A stretch of DNA of 64,000 nt from an uncultured delta proteobacterium (GCA_963803975.1 CAWDOY010000047.1:64001-128000); one strand, 5' to 3'. Numbered from the stretch's first letter, positions 51,655 through 61,784 are shown. The notes: generated by a model from the sequence alone, not told the origin. A program made the numbers and translations.

Positions 51655-52379
51655 TTAATTTCTCAATCCAAATATCAACCCGGGGTTGCACTCACAGGGC
51701 CATGCATAGTTGACACTCCGTTCAGGTCTATGTCTTCAAGTTTATAGTAATAAGTCTTTCTGTTCTGGAATTCGATATCAGTAAACTCATAGATTAGCGC
51801 CTTGGGTGGGGGAGCCTTGTGCAGGGATCAGTGAGTGTTTATCTTGGTGTAGTTACCATCCTCTGATTCAGCGCGATAGATGTTAAAGCCGGCGTTGTCG
51901 GTTTCGGATTCGGTGGACCAAGCGAGAATAACGCTTTTTGACTTTGCATAAGCTTTAAAATCCCGCAGCGTAATCAGCGTGCTTGATTCGCAGGTGCTGT
52001 TGATACATTCATAGTTCCCCGCAGTGCACTGATACCCTTCACAAGTTTGAAGATAGCCCATGTCAATAACGCCAGATGTGCAGGTATTGTCTTTACTGCA
52101 GCAGCCCTGCTGAACTTCCGGCACATAGGTTTTAATAGGTTGCATAACCCCCCTGCAGATGTCGCTACAACACTTTTCCCCCGGATAAAAAGTACCTCCT
52201 GCATAATTTTCACAAAAGGAGGCTTCATTGAGTGGCGGGGTATCTCCACAACGATAACAGCCCATCATTGGCATATAATAATCGCACGCCCCGGTGTCCT
52301 GGGCATTTGATTTGCCGGATGTAACCAATAGAACAGGAAATATGATTGCAAGTAGAGCTATTATTCTGAGTTTTGCCAT
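51655..52379 (-). CDS. Array member D: secreted Cys-rich protein with shared C-terminal domain; frameshifts after 51830
   Basis: Signal peptide, head with about 13 Cys, TLITLRDFKA..WSTESETDNAGFNIYR; tail YYKLEDIDLNG..HGP..IFGLRN*. Confidence 0.7.
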
Positions 52380-52456
52380 GTTCCCTCCTCCTTTATAAAG
52401 GCGCTATTCTATCAATAATTCTCACCCTGTTTACCGTCTGACAGAGTTTTAATAAT

Positions 52457-52507
52457 CTATTTCCCTATTCCATAAATAAGCCGAGGCGTTGCTGATACCG
52501 GTCCATG
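52457..52507 (-). pseudogene. Orphan C-terminal tail of the array domain
   Basis: Minus strand reads HGPVSATPRLIYGIGK*. Confidence 0.7.
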
Positions 52508-52526
52508 CCTCTTAGGGGCTCTTGAT

Positions 52527-52568
52527 CAGTGGCCCGTGACCAGTGACTCGTGGCCAGTGACCCGTGGT
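52527..52568. repeat. Heptamer tandem repeat
   Basis: cagtggc ccgtgac cagtgac tcgtggc cagtgac ccgtggt. Confidence 0.65.
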
Positions 52569-52579
52569 TTGTGTTTTAT

Positions 52580-52738
52580 TTAAGCCCCTGAGATCAGTCT
52601 TGGTGTTGCTGAGACCGGCCCGTGGAATGTGCCTGCTCCATTGTTATCAATATCTTCCAGCTTGTAGTAATAGGTCTTTCTGTTCTGGACCTTTGTGTCC
52701 GTGAACTCGTATGCCGCACCTGAGTGGAGTAACCTTTA
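52580..52738 (-). pseudogene. Orphan C-terminal half of the array domain
   Basis: Minus strand reads GAAYEFTDTKVQNRKTYYYKLEDIDNNGAGTFHGPVSATPRLISGA*. Confidence 0.75.
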
Positions 52739-52916
52739 GATGATTATCACATCTCAATTTTATACATTCGCACGGGATGGAGATTCAAGTACCGTTGTTC
52801 GACCATAGGGACTTTCCGGCCGCTCTTACTGACTTTTTTCATTTAATGGGCGCAAAATTTTCGCCCCATTATATAATTCCCAATAAAATACGCCAATCAA
52901 TGAGTGTCCCCAGTCT

Positions 52917-53111
52917 ATTGATAGAAACTTGCTTTCGGATAGAGAAAATATAGGCCGGTGGTGGTTGTGTGTCAACAATTTGTTAAAAGATATGGGCAGG
53001 GGTTAACCGAACAAAAATCAACATCTTGTGGTATGCCTTAAAGGCAGGAAAGTGCAGCTTATGTATCAGCAGCGATGAGAAGTTTAGCAGCCTAAATTCA
53101 TTGATGACTTC
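52917..53111 (-). repeat. About 195-bp direct repeat, copy 1 (promoter-containing)
   Basis: Aligns with 54321-54518; contains TTGACA-17-TATATT (52947-52975, minus strand). Confidence 0.8.
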
Positions 53112-53232
53112 TTTTGCAAAGCGCCAGTGACAGTTCAAAAAAATCATAGCAGTAGTAGCAACTCGGGCTCCATGATGCAGGGGGGTTCGTTATCAAAACC
53201 GGAAGATAACTCTCATAATTGCCTCAAAATAT

Positions 53233-54248
53233 TTAATCTAATTTTCTTCCGTCAGCCTGTAAGGCTGCAACTGCTTTTTTAATGTCTTCTTCTGCACCAC
53301 CCCTGATTTTAGGTTTTGCATAGCATCGAAGGGAGATATGAACATTTCCCGGATCTTCAATTAAATCTGCTGTAACAATATGCATGGACAGTGCTTTTCC
53401 ATTATATTTTTTTGTCCCAATAAAATATGTATTATAATAGGTTTTTTTATCTTCTTTACATTCAATGTCATTCTGTTTTGCCCAGTCATTTAATAATGAG
53501 GCTGCCTTGTCAAGATTTGCCTTAACACGCAAACGGGTAAAATAGCATCTTTTATCGCTTTGTGTATTTGTCCATGGCCTTATTGATAATTTGTTCTTAT
53601 TTTTATCAGTAAGATTTCCGGGCTGTAATGACTCCCAGAAGCTTCTATATTTTTTTACCTCTTTTTCTTGTAGCGGCGTAAGGGAGAGGATCTTTGTACG
53701 TATGTCATTTGCGAATGCCTCTACCCTTTCAGGAATAAGTGATTCCCACATGTCAAGCCCTGTCCATCCCACTTTATCTGCAGGCATGGTTTTTCCAAGG
53801 ATCCATATCAGCCTTGCATCATTTGAATTGAGATAACGGTTTACCTGGCGCCCGCCAAATGCCCCGAGTGTTATTGGTTTTAATTTGGGGAATTTTTCAA
53901 GTGTATCAAAGAAATAACTTCTCCCGCTCGAAAGATGAGGCGGTTTCCCGGGCATGTATATGATTATGGTTTCATCAATTTCACCGCAGGTAAGAAAGTA
54001 TGCAATTTCCTTTTTTGTAAGTTCATCATGGAACCTTTCAATAAATTTATATGTTGATTTATGCGGTTTTTCCCATCTTGTGTATCCGCCGATTATTACA
54101 TAGTCATAGGGCTCTACAGTTAAAACTTGATTATACATTTTTACATCCACATGATTTTCAAAGCCGATCAGAGCTTTTAACCAGTATGCAACATCAGCTG
54201 CTGAGCCGTATTGGGTTTCATAAGCTATTAGTCCTTTTTTTCTACCAT
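53233..54248 (-). CDS. Flavodoxin-domain (HemG/Flavodoxin_5-like) protein with C-terminal extension; frameshifted N-terminus
   Basis: AGGAGGAG RBS and ATG at 54248. Restored N-terminus MVEKKGLIAYETQYGSAADVAYWL joins YDYVIIGG...AYFLTCG...AFGG. Confidence 0.6.
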
Positions 54249-54320
54249 GTTACTCCTCCTTGTTTTATATCTATGTTGTGGTTATCTAAGGAGTTGCAAG
54301 CAATATAAATGCAGCAAAGA

Positions 54321-54518
54321 ATTGACAGAAATTCGCTTTTGGATGAGGGAAATATAGGCTGGGGAGGATTGTGTGTCAATAAAAAATATGCCGCAAAATA
54401 TGTAAAGGATTATTGCGACAAAAATCTACATCTTGTGGTGGGCATTGAACATTGAAAAGTGTAGACTAGTGTATCAACAGCGATAGAAGTTTAGCAGCTT
54501 AAATTCATTGATGACTTC
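54321..54518 (-). repeat. About 195-bp direct repeat, copy 2 (promoter-containing)
   Basis: Contains TTGACA-17-TATATT (54351-54379, minus strand); shares GAAGTTTAGCAGCyTAAATTCATTGATGACTTC with copy 1. Confidence 0.8.
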
Positions 54519-54587
54519 ATCTGGTAATATGCAATTGTCTGCTACGATCAAAATCGTGATTTTTTGTTTATCGTTAAAGCTCCCGAT

Positions 54588-55016
54588 TTATGTCGTCGTC
54601 TCGGCACTGGTAAAGCCGGTAAAAACCACCGGGATGATTTGAGAGTATTCAAAGAGAATTACACCCGTTCCGGCAATAAATGCTGTTGGTTCAAAGGAGG
54701 AACCAACCAGAAGCATAATGATGTCGCCTGTTTTGGTTCCGATTTTAGCATTAAGCGAGATATAGGCGCCTGTAAACAGGCTCAAGACGGTAACGTAAAA
54801 TCCATCACCCTTAAAACTTGAAATAGTAAGACCGCCGGTATCGCTGAATAAAACCGGTGAGCTGAAAACATCCAGTGAGCAGACGAAATAGCAGACGTAC
54901 TCATTGCCGGTAACAACATTCGGGCCAATACTGTTTTCAGCACGGGCGGTGCTTATGAGTAAACCACCTGCGAGAAGCATACAGCACAATGTAATTTTTA
55001 TTATTTTTCTGTTCAC
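54588..55016 (-). CDS. Hypothetical exported protein
   Basis: GTG start with GGAGG RBS; signal peptide ending TARA. Confidence 0.6.
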   Translation of the reverse strand: MNRKIIKITLCCMLLAGGLLISTARAENSIGPNVVTGNEYVCYFVCSLDVFSSPVLFSDTGGLTISSFKGDGFYVTVLSLFTGAYISLNAKIGTKTGDIIMLLVGSSFEPTAFIAGTGVILFEYSQIIPVVFTGFTSAETTT

Positions 55017-55098
55017 ACGTACCTCCTTATTTATTTTGTCTGGTATGTCATTATTTAATATGGTTAAAATCCCTGTTTTAGAAACTGACAGGGTTCCT

Positions 55099-55920
55099 CT
55101 ATTTGACTTCCGGGGGCTGAAGCGGGACTTGGAATGGCTCGGCCAGCGTGAAATCAAGGTTGGTTTGAGACGGAATGCGAACTTCCGGACCTTTGGTCAA
55201 TGCCTGATATGCTAGAGTTCCACCTGCTCCAACGCTCGCACCAATGGCTGCACCCTTGCCTCCGCCGAAAATTCCTCCAATTATTGCACCCGCCCCACCT
55301 CCAAGCACTGTCCTTTTGGCAGTCTGCTCACCGCGAGATGCGCTCTTATGTCGCACACTGCTGCTGTTTAACAGAATGGACTGCCCCTGTACAACCAAAT
55401 GATCCAAAACGACTTCAAGCTCACTTGAACCCTTAATGCTTCCTGAGGATTTAGCATTTACCAGTTTGATATACACATCAGTTCCCTTGGGTATAACGAC
55501 CTGATTACCAACTGTAATAGGAACATAGAGGGAGGAATGAAACAGGGAGCCAACCTGGCTCGACCTGGAATTAATTGAATCGATCATCTTGACCTGTATC
55601 TCTGTCCCTGCAGGGATCGTGATTACAGTTATTACCTTAATTGCGTCATTGACCTTCTTGATCCCGGGAGTGACACCAGCCAGCTCAACAGCCTTCTTGT
55701 GAATAGCATCATTTGATACCTCGCCTGACAAAGTAGCCTCCCCCTTTGACATGGTAACTTGAATCGATGCGGTCTTCAATTGGGGCTCTGAATAAAACTT
55801 TGCCTGGAGGGCCTGCGTCATTTCCTCATCACTCGGGGTCCTGGAACAGGCTGCGCAACCTAATGCCAAAACGACCAGTAGCAACCAATACGCTGAAAGA
55901 TTTTTTAATGTGGTAAGCAT
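55099..55920 (-). CDS. BON-domain lipoprotein with glycine zipper
   Basis: Lipobox CAAC, BON (ATLSGEV..GIKKVND), IPAGTEI, GGGAGAIIGGIFGGGKGAAIGA. Confidence 0.8.
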   Translation of the reverse strand: MLTTLKNLSAYWLLLVVLALGCAACSRTPSDEEMTQALQAKFYSEPQLKTASIQVTMSKGEATLSGEVSNDAIHKKAVELAGVTPGIKKVNDAIKVITVITIPAGTEIQVKMIDSINSRSSQVGSLFHSSLYVPITVGNQVVIPKGTDVYIKLVNAKSSGSIKGSSELEVVLDHLVVQGQSILLNSSSVRHKSASRGEQTAKRTVLGGGAGAIIGGIFGGGKGAAIGASVGAGGTLAYQALTKGPEVRIPSQTNLDFTLAEPFQVPLQPPEVK

Positions 55921-56015
55921 TTTTTAATTCCTTTTTTCGTCTTTGCTTCAACCCAGCAAGTTAAAGGACAACAGCGCACTTTAATGACCCTATCTGGCAA
56001 TAAATAAAATGCAGG

Positions 56016-56444
56016 TTACAGATTATACAGTTCCTCATCGTTCAATAATACAAATCCGGCTTTGGAAAGCAATGTCACTGCTTCAGGCATTTCCTCCACA
56101 TCAAAAATCATTACCGCCTGATTTTTATCTTTAATGACAAACCCGTAGGCATCTTCGATATTGATTTCCTTCCGGGCAAATACTTCTGCGATCTTCTGCA
56201 GGCCGCCGGGCTGATCATCCATGAGGACGGCAATGACCTCCCGCAGATACGCAGTGAGCCCTTTTGCCCGCAACGTTTCAGTGGTTTTTACCGGATCGTT
56301 GACGATCAGTTTAATAATGCCAAAACCCTGAGAAGTGGCGATGGTTATGGCCCGCATATTAATATGTGCGTCTTTAAGAATTTTTGTAAGCCGCTCGAGC
56401 CGTCCCGGTTTGTTCTCTGCGAAAATACACACCTGCTGCGCCAT
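56016..56444 (-). CDS. ACT-domain protein
   Basis: IFAENKPGRL, DDQPGGL..INIE; typical paaK partner. Confidence 0.85.
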   Translation of the reverse strand: MAQQVCIFAENKPGRLERLTKILKDAHINMRAITIATSQGFGIIKLIVNDPVKTTETLRAKGLTAYLREVIAVLMDDQPGGLQKIAEVFARKEINIEDAYGFVIKDKNQAVMIFDVEEMPEAVTLLSKAGFVLLNDEELYNL

Positions 56445-56527
56445 GGCAAACCTCCCTGTTCCCCGTTAGGCGTTCTTGATCAATTGCCTTCAGTGTACTA
56501 TATTCCCCTGTGAAAAATTATCAAAAA

Positions 56528-56612
56528 GGGTCCAGGGATTCGAGGGTTCATGGGTTCTAGTCTTTTTTAAAACTTTCACTTGGCCACTTGAATCCCAGAC
56601 CACTTGACTCCT
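56528..56612. repeat. Intergenic inverted octamer repeat element
   Basis: gggtccag/ggattcga/gggttcat/gggttcta facing cacttggc/cacttgaa/cacttgac. Confidence 0.65.
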
Positions 56613-56615
56613 TTA

Positions 56616-57920
56616 TCATCCCCACTGTTTCCGGTTGTCAAGAACCCGGACCGCCTTACCTTCGCTCTTGGGCAAGGTATCCGGCTCCACCAGCTCCACG
56701 CGGGGCGTCACCAGAAGCTCAGACCTGAGATCGTCAATAATCCGCTTGCGCACGCTCTCAAGATGCTTTAAATCCCCGGTAAACATCTCTGCCCGTATCT
56801 CCGCTTTAACGGTCATAAAATCATTGTCGTCAATGGTGTCAAGAATAATCTGGAAATTGGACCCGACTTCCGGGATGGCCATGAGCGCCTTCTCAATCTG
56901 AATGGGGAACATATTCACGCCTTTCACAATGAGCATGTCATCGGTTCTTCCTTTGATGCGGCTTATGCGGCGATGGGTTCTGCCGCAGGGACAGGGCTCC
57001 GGATAGACAAAAGCCAGATCACGGGTGCGGTAGCGCAATAGCGGCATGCCTTCACGCCGCAGGCTGGTGAATACCAGCTCCCCTTCAACACCATCCGGCA
57101 CCGGCTCAAGCGTGGCAGGATCAATCACCTCCAGGATGTAGCTGTCTTCCCAGGTATGCAGGCCGTTCTGGCACGGGCACTCAAAAGCAACCCCGGGGCC
57201 ATTCATCTCGGAAAGGCCGTAGGAGTTGTATGCCTTGACGCCGTATGCCTGTTCTATCCGCTGCCGTGTCTCTTCGGTATGGGGCTCAGCGCCGATGAAG
57301 GCAATCTTAAGCTTCAGGTCTTTTTGCGGATCTATGCCCATAGTGCGGAACGTCTCAACGAGATGCAGGCCATAGCTGGGGATGATGTGGATAACCGTGG
57401 TATCAAACTCCTGCATGAGCATGATCTGGCGCTTGCTGTTGCCGGCACCGGCAGGAATCACCATGGCGCCAAGCTTTTCCGCTCCGTAGTGAAAGCCCAG
57501 ACCCCCGGTAAACAGGCCGTAGCCCATCATATTCTGGAAAACATCGCCCGGCCGCACCCCGGTCATGTACATGCAGCGGGCAACGAGTCCCGCCCATTCA
57601 TCAATATCACGGGCAGTGTGGAAAATGACGGTCGCCCGCCCGGTTGTTCCCGATGAGGAGTGCATCCTGACTATCTGTTCCCGGGGGACGGCAAGAAACC
57701 CGTAGGGGTAGTGCTCCCTGAGGGTATCCTTGGTGATGAAAGGGATGCGCCGGATATCATCCAGGCCTTTTATTGTATCGGGTGCTATCCCCTCCTGTTG
57801 AAAGAGTGATTGATAGTATGGTGAGTTTCCTGCCTGCTCCACGGTTTTCCGCAGCAGCAAGAGCTGCATCGTTTCAAGCCCGTCTCTGTCGAGCGTTTCA
57901 ATATCCTTATTCCAGTACAT
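56616..57920 (-). CDS. paaK: Phenylacetate-CoA ligase family
   Basis: HSSSGTTG, GYGLFTGGLG, YGLSEMNGPGV, RYRTRD, GRTDDMLIVKGVN, GKAVRV.D.R. Confidence 0.9.
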   Translation of the reverse strand: MYWNKDIETLDRDGLETMQLLLLRKTVEQAGNSPYYQSLFQQEGIAPDTIKGLDDIRRIPFITKDTLREHYPYGFLAVPREQIVRMHSSSGTTGRATVIFHTARDIDEWAGLVARCMYMTGVRPGDVFQNMMGYGLFTGGLGFHYGAEKLGAMVIPAGAGNSKRQIMLMQEFDTTVIHIIPSYGLHLVETFRTMGIDPQKDLKLKIAFIGAEPHTEETRQRIEQAYGVKAYNSYGLSEMNGPGVAFECPCQNGLHTWEDSYILEVIDPATLEPVPDGVEGELVFTSLRREGMPLLRYRTRDLAFVYPEPCPCGRTHRRISRIKGRTDDMLIVKGVNMFPIQIEKALMAIPEVGSNFQIILDTIDDNDFMTVKAEIRAEMFTGDLKHLESVRKRIIDDLRSELLVTPRVELVEPDTLPKSEGKAVRVLDNRKQWG

Positions 57921-58027
57921 TACGCGAGACCTCTCTGTTTTCTGTTCCGCTATAAAACTCCCGGTCATTTCCGGTATTGTTAGACCATTACCGGTTTGTC
58001 GCATGCCCCCGCTGCTTGACCATACGG

Positions 58028-58600
58028 TTACAATTTATTGCGATAGAGAGCGGGGTCAACGGCCCGCACCATTGCCTGAATATCTAAACCACCGTCAAGA
58101 AAGGTGTTTATTTTTTCTGCCAGGAGCTGCGGCGCAGTCACAATATCAGAGTAGTTTACCGGAAGCATTGCAAAGCTCCGGTGGTTATGAATCCAGTGGT
58201 TGAATTTATTGAGCTGGCCTTTAAAAAGCTCGGCCAGCTTGTCATCACTCAGGTTTGCGCCTGTTTTCCCTGATCTCTGCAGCATTCTTTTTTGTGACGC
58301 AAGAACTTCGTAGATGTTTCGCTCCATGAAAATGACCCGGTATTCATATTCCAGCGGCAGGTCATATAACAGGCTGTAAATCACTTTTACCACCTTGCCC
58401 CGAGCTGTCGGCACCCATGAGGGATCGTCCCGGGTTTTTTTGACCGGCTCAAATTCGTAATATCCTTTCGGGTTATCCTCGTCCCGGGTGCGCTGGTGAT
58501 CGGTGAGCACGGGGATGCCGCCCGCTTCAATCATCTGCATCATCATTGATGTGCCGGAGCGGGGAAGGCCTGATACAATCGTAACAAACGATAGATTCAT
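58028..58600 (-). CDS. Sulfotransferase-family protein
   Basis: VSGLPRSGTSMMMQ (5'-PSB loop), DNPKGYYE, FMER..EVLASQ. Confidence 0.8.
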   Translation of the reverse strand: MNLSFVTIVSGLPRSGTSMMMQMIEAGGIPVLTDHQRTRDEDNPKGYYEFEPVKKTRDDPSWVPTARGKVVKVIYSLLYDLPLEYEYRVIFMERNIYEVLASQKRMLQRSGKTGANLSDDKLAELFKGQLNKFNHWIHNHRSFAMLPVNYSDIVTAPQLLAEKINTFLDGGLDIQAMVRAVDPALYRNKL

Positions 58601-58687
58601 CGAAGGTTATCCTTTACTGGTTGTTTGTTTTCCTGTAGCTCCCGCGAGACTGCCAGGGGGCGTTAAACGAAAGAATTGCTGCCGCCC

Positions 58688-59536
58688 TCAGGCAGAGAGC
58701 CTGCCTTTTATAAAAGGGCTGGTAAGCAGCGCGGAGATCATTGATATGATACAGAACCATACCAGCCACCAGTCTGTTCCACAGATAAATGAATGCCGCG
58801 CCGGATAGGCAATGCTGATTGAAGCAACCGGACCCGCAGCGCTCAGCGGCTGCTCAAGGGGATGCATAATAACATCTGCCGCGTCTGTGCCCGGGCGTTT
58901 GGCGCTGACGCGCATGAAACCTGTGCCTATTGCCAGCTGCTTTACAATCTGCTGATCGCCCACCTGAAATTTGAGCAGATGGGTTCCGTCCTGTACCGGC
59001 TGAATCGTCCAGCAGATCTCTTTCCGGCTTGCAATGCGCATGGGGCCGGCAACTATTCGCGCGCCGGGACGGGCATCAAGGGTTACGGCCGGCCAGTGTT
59101 CAGAAGCATTGTTCAGTTTCAGATTCACGACTACCGGCGCATCTCCCAACTGCAGGGGACGGGCCTGATACCACAGGCCCATCTGGGCAAGAATGAGGCT
59201 CAAGGGTATACTCATAATCAGCACCGGTATGAGTGAATATACGAACAGTTTAACGGAGCACAGCATCAGCCGTGCCTCGGACTTCATGGTAACCGCTATA
59301 TTGTCCCGATAGAGGCGAACCGCCAGCAGACTGGCTTTGATATCATCAATGGTGCGGGTTAAAGCGCGCTGGTTTGAAGTGTACTTAAATATAATAAATA
59401 ACGGGATCCCGAGAACTGCCGAAATAATCGTGATTGAAAGCCAGCCCGGAACCATGGCAATCGGGGCCAATACCAGGCCGCAGACAGTGTTTGCTGCCGA
59501 GTTCACTATGAAAAGAAAATAAATCAATCCGCTCAT
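58688..59536 (-). CDS. Hypothetical membrane protein
   Basis: N-terminal TMs with FKYTSNQ, periplasmic beta region, C-terminal WWLVWF TM. Confidence 0.7.
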   Translation of the reverse strand: MSGLIYFLFIVNSAANTVCGLVLAPIAMVPGWLSITIISAVLGIPLFIIFKYTSNQRALTRTIDDIKASLLAVRLYRDNIAVTMKSEARLMLCSVKLFVYSLIPVLIMSIPLSLILAQMGLWYQARPLQLGDAPVVVNLKLNNASEHWPAVTLDARPGARIVAGPMRIASRKEICWTIQPVQDGTHLLKFQVGDQQIVKQLAIGTGFMRVSAKRPGTDAADVIMHPLEQPLSAAGPVASISIAYPARHSFICGTDWWLVWFCIISMISALLTSPFIKGRLSA

Positions 59537-59724
59537 TACTCAATATAGCCCAAACCGCGCAGCTGTTCTGATACTGCCTTATCATCATCAGGTGACGCCT
59601 CAAGCAGGGCCAGCTCTTTTTCAATAACAGAGGATACAAACTCTTCAAAACTGCTGTACCCCGCAGCTTCCGCAGCCTTTTTTGCCCGCTCATACAGCTT
59701 GCTGTCAATTTTTACTTTGGTCAT
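59536..59724 (-). CDS. Small ribbon-helix-helix-like protein
   Basis: VKIDSKLYERAKKAAEAAGYSSFEEFV...LRGLGYIE; coupled to the next gene. Confidence 0.7.
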   Translation of the reverse strand: MTKVKIDSKLYERAKKAAEAAGYSSFEEFVSSVIEKELALLEASPDDDKAVSEQLRGLGYIE

Positions 59725-59741
59725 GGCTCGCTCCCTGGCAA

Positions 59742-61772
59742 TTATACTTTAAATATATTTCGTCCGGTCATGGTCGCCGGCACCTTTACGCCGAATGCCG
59801 TCAATATTGACGGCGCAAGGTCAGTAAGGGCCGACGCAGGGCTTATGATGTCCTGATTGCTGAACAGTATGCCCGGCAGTTCAGAGGAATCCATGCAGTG
59901 GTCAGCTGCCCAGGCTGAATCATTATCTGAAAGTATCTCTTTGGGCATATCTCCCAGGCATGATTTCCACGAGCAGCGGAAATCGCGGCTGTAGCCGATA
60001 ATTAGATCCGGCGCATACTTCTGCTGCGGCCCTGAATATATCTTGTCTGCTCTGCGCGCTTTGCAGATAACGGCCCTGCCGTCGCTATCCCGCACTGCCT
60101 CAAGCTTCTGCACAAGCTCTTCCAGAAGGGTTTCCCGCTCTGCAGCGGGGTCCACAATCCCGTACTGCTCCCGTCCTCTCTGGTTAAGATAGAGGCTGTT
60201 GATGCCAAGGCCGTAGGCCCTGGTTTTTGACCAGTCAACGTCAGAAAACAGTGACGTGCACTCAGGCGGACCCAGGTACCCGTTATCCCGCAGCCAGGTG
60301 TTCAAGTTGAACTGGCGCCTGAAGTTTGCAAATCCGTGATCACTCATGATAATGATATGCGCCGTATCACCGTACCGCTTCATGAGCGCTCCGACCAGCG
60401 CGTCCATCCTGCCGTAGAGATCCTGCACATGGGTGAAATATTTTTGCGCTTCAGCTGCCGTGCGGTAGGGATGTTTTGCCGCGGTGTCCCACCACAGCAT
60501 GTGGGACTGCATGTCGGTACTGGAAAAATAAAAAAAGAGCAGCCCGTCATCATAATTGCGCAGCGCGTAGTCAAGCAGCTGCATGCGCTCCTGCAGCACA
60601 TACTCTGCCTGCCGGACAAATTCATCATCACTGAAAACCTTGTTTGAGAGGGCCTTATGGTCTTCCTGAAAACCCGTATTGTAAAAAAGCCCCAGCTGCT
60701 GAGACAGCTCCGGAAGAAATGCGGGCGGCTCGGTAATTTTTATGGCCGGGTCGTTAGGATCAGTATTTATGGGGGTAACATACAGCCTGAAGTTGGGGGC
60801 CGCTTCCTGCAGATAAAACCGGCAGATGCCGCTTATTTTTTTGTCAGGCACCAGCGCGGGGGTTGAAAGGCTGTACTCGATTCGCACCCAGGGGCTCCAT
60901 TCACCCTGCTTCATAAGTATCGTCTGCTGCTGAATTTCGACGACAGCAGCCCTGTCGTTGCGGTTGCGATGCACGATAAATTCTATGGTTGCGTCCTGCG
61001 GTTTTTTAAGAAAGGTATTTTTTGGGCCAATTAAAATAAGCGGCCGGGAGGTTTCGCCGTCAAAATATATTTTTGACCGCCTCCCTCCCCCTTCGCTGAC
61101 GGGTTTCTCCGGGCCGTCTTCGGCAAAGTGCTGGTAGGTTCCATAAGAGCCCAGCAGGTCAGGGGTCCCCATTCCTGCAAGGCAGCGGTGATTCCCATGC
61201 GTTGAGGAACTGGGCGGGTAGTTTGACGGCAGATCGTAAAACGTTGAGGGAATACCCGCTGCATCAAGATACTCCCAGAACGGCACGCCTTCGCGCTTCA
61301 GCACGGTCCGGGGAGGGGTGTGATTGAAGGGCCAGAAATCAAGCTGCATTTTATGCTCGCCCAGTTCCAGGTAACCGACACCGGGCATTGTTTCAGCAGC
61401 TGCAAAAAAAGGTAACGCCTGTTTTTCCGGATTGCGGTGGATAAAATCAAATATACCGTGGGAGCCGGGGCCCGCGCCGTTGATAAAATTTGCCCAGGCA
61501 ACCGGGCTTTGCGGAGGGTTGCTGGTAGCAAGCGGCCGGAATCCATTATTCTTTCTCAGCCGGTCAAGATTGGGCAGCCGGCCCTGCTCCATCAAACGGA
61601 TGCAGAGCAGCGGGTCCATGCCGTCAAAACCTATGACAATAACTTTTTTGCCCGCAACCCTGCGCGGCTTTTGTTCCTGCGCGCTTGCTGCGCGGGAGCT
61701 TATTCCAGCTGCCAGCGCTGCTGCAGCCGCGGTCGACTGTTTTATAAAATCCCGTCTGGTAAGATGTTTCAT
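59742..61772 (-). CDS. Alkaline phosphatase-superfamily (type I phosphodiesterase/NPP) protein, Tat-exported
   Basis: TRRDFIK signal; IGFDGMD, PPQSPVAW, SDHGF, WAADH. Confidence 0.85.
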   Translation of the reverse strand: MKHLTRRDFIKQSTAAAAALAAGISSRAASAQEQKPRRVAGKKVIVIGFDGMDPLLCIRLMEQGRLPNLDRLRKNNGFRPLATSNPPQSPVAWANFINGAGPGSHGIFDFIHRNPEKQALPFFAAAETMPGVGYLELGEHKMQLDFWPFNHTPPRTVLKREGVPFWEYLDAAGIPSTFYDLPSNYPPSSSTHGNHRCLAGMGTPDLLGSYGTYQHFAEDGPEKPVSEGGGRRSKIYFDGETSRPLILIGPKNTFLKKPQDATIEFIVHRNRNDRAAVVEIQQQTILMKQGEWSPWVRIEYSLSTPALVPDKKISGICRFYLQEAAPNFRLYVTPINTDPNDPAIKITEPPAFLPELSQQLGLFYNTGFQEDHKALSNKVFSDDEFVRQAEYVLQERMQLLDYALRNYDDGLLFFYFSSTDMQSHMLWWDTAAKHPYRTAAEAQKYFTHVQDLYGRMDALVGALMKRYGDTAHIIIMSDHGFANFRRQFNLNTWLRDNGYLGPPECTSLFSDVDWSKTRAYGLGINSLYLNQRGREQYGIVDPAAERETLLEELVQKLEAVRDSDGRAVICKARRADKIYSGPQQKYAPDLIIGYSRDFRCSWKSCLGDMPKEILSDNDSAWAADHCMDSSELPGILFSNQDIISPASALTDLAPSILTAFGVKVPATMTGRNIFKV

Positions 61773-61784
61773 AACAGTTACGTC

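Noticed and set aside
48655..52738. Array as a diversity-generating retroelement or integron
   Set aside because: No reverse transcriptase, no adenine-specific TR/VR pair, and no integron integrase or attC sites seen in the window.
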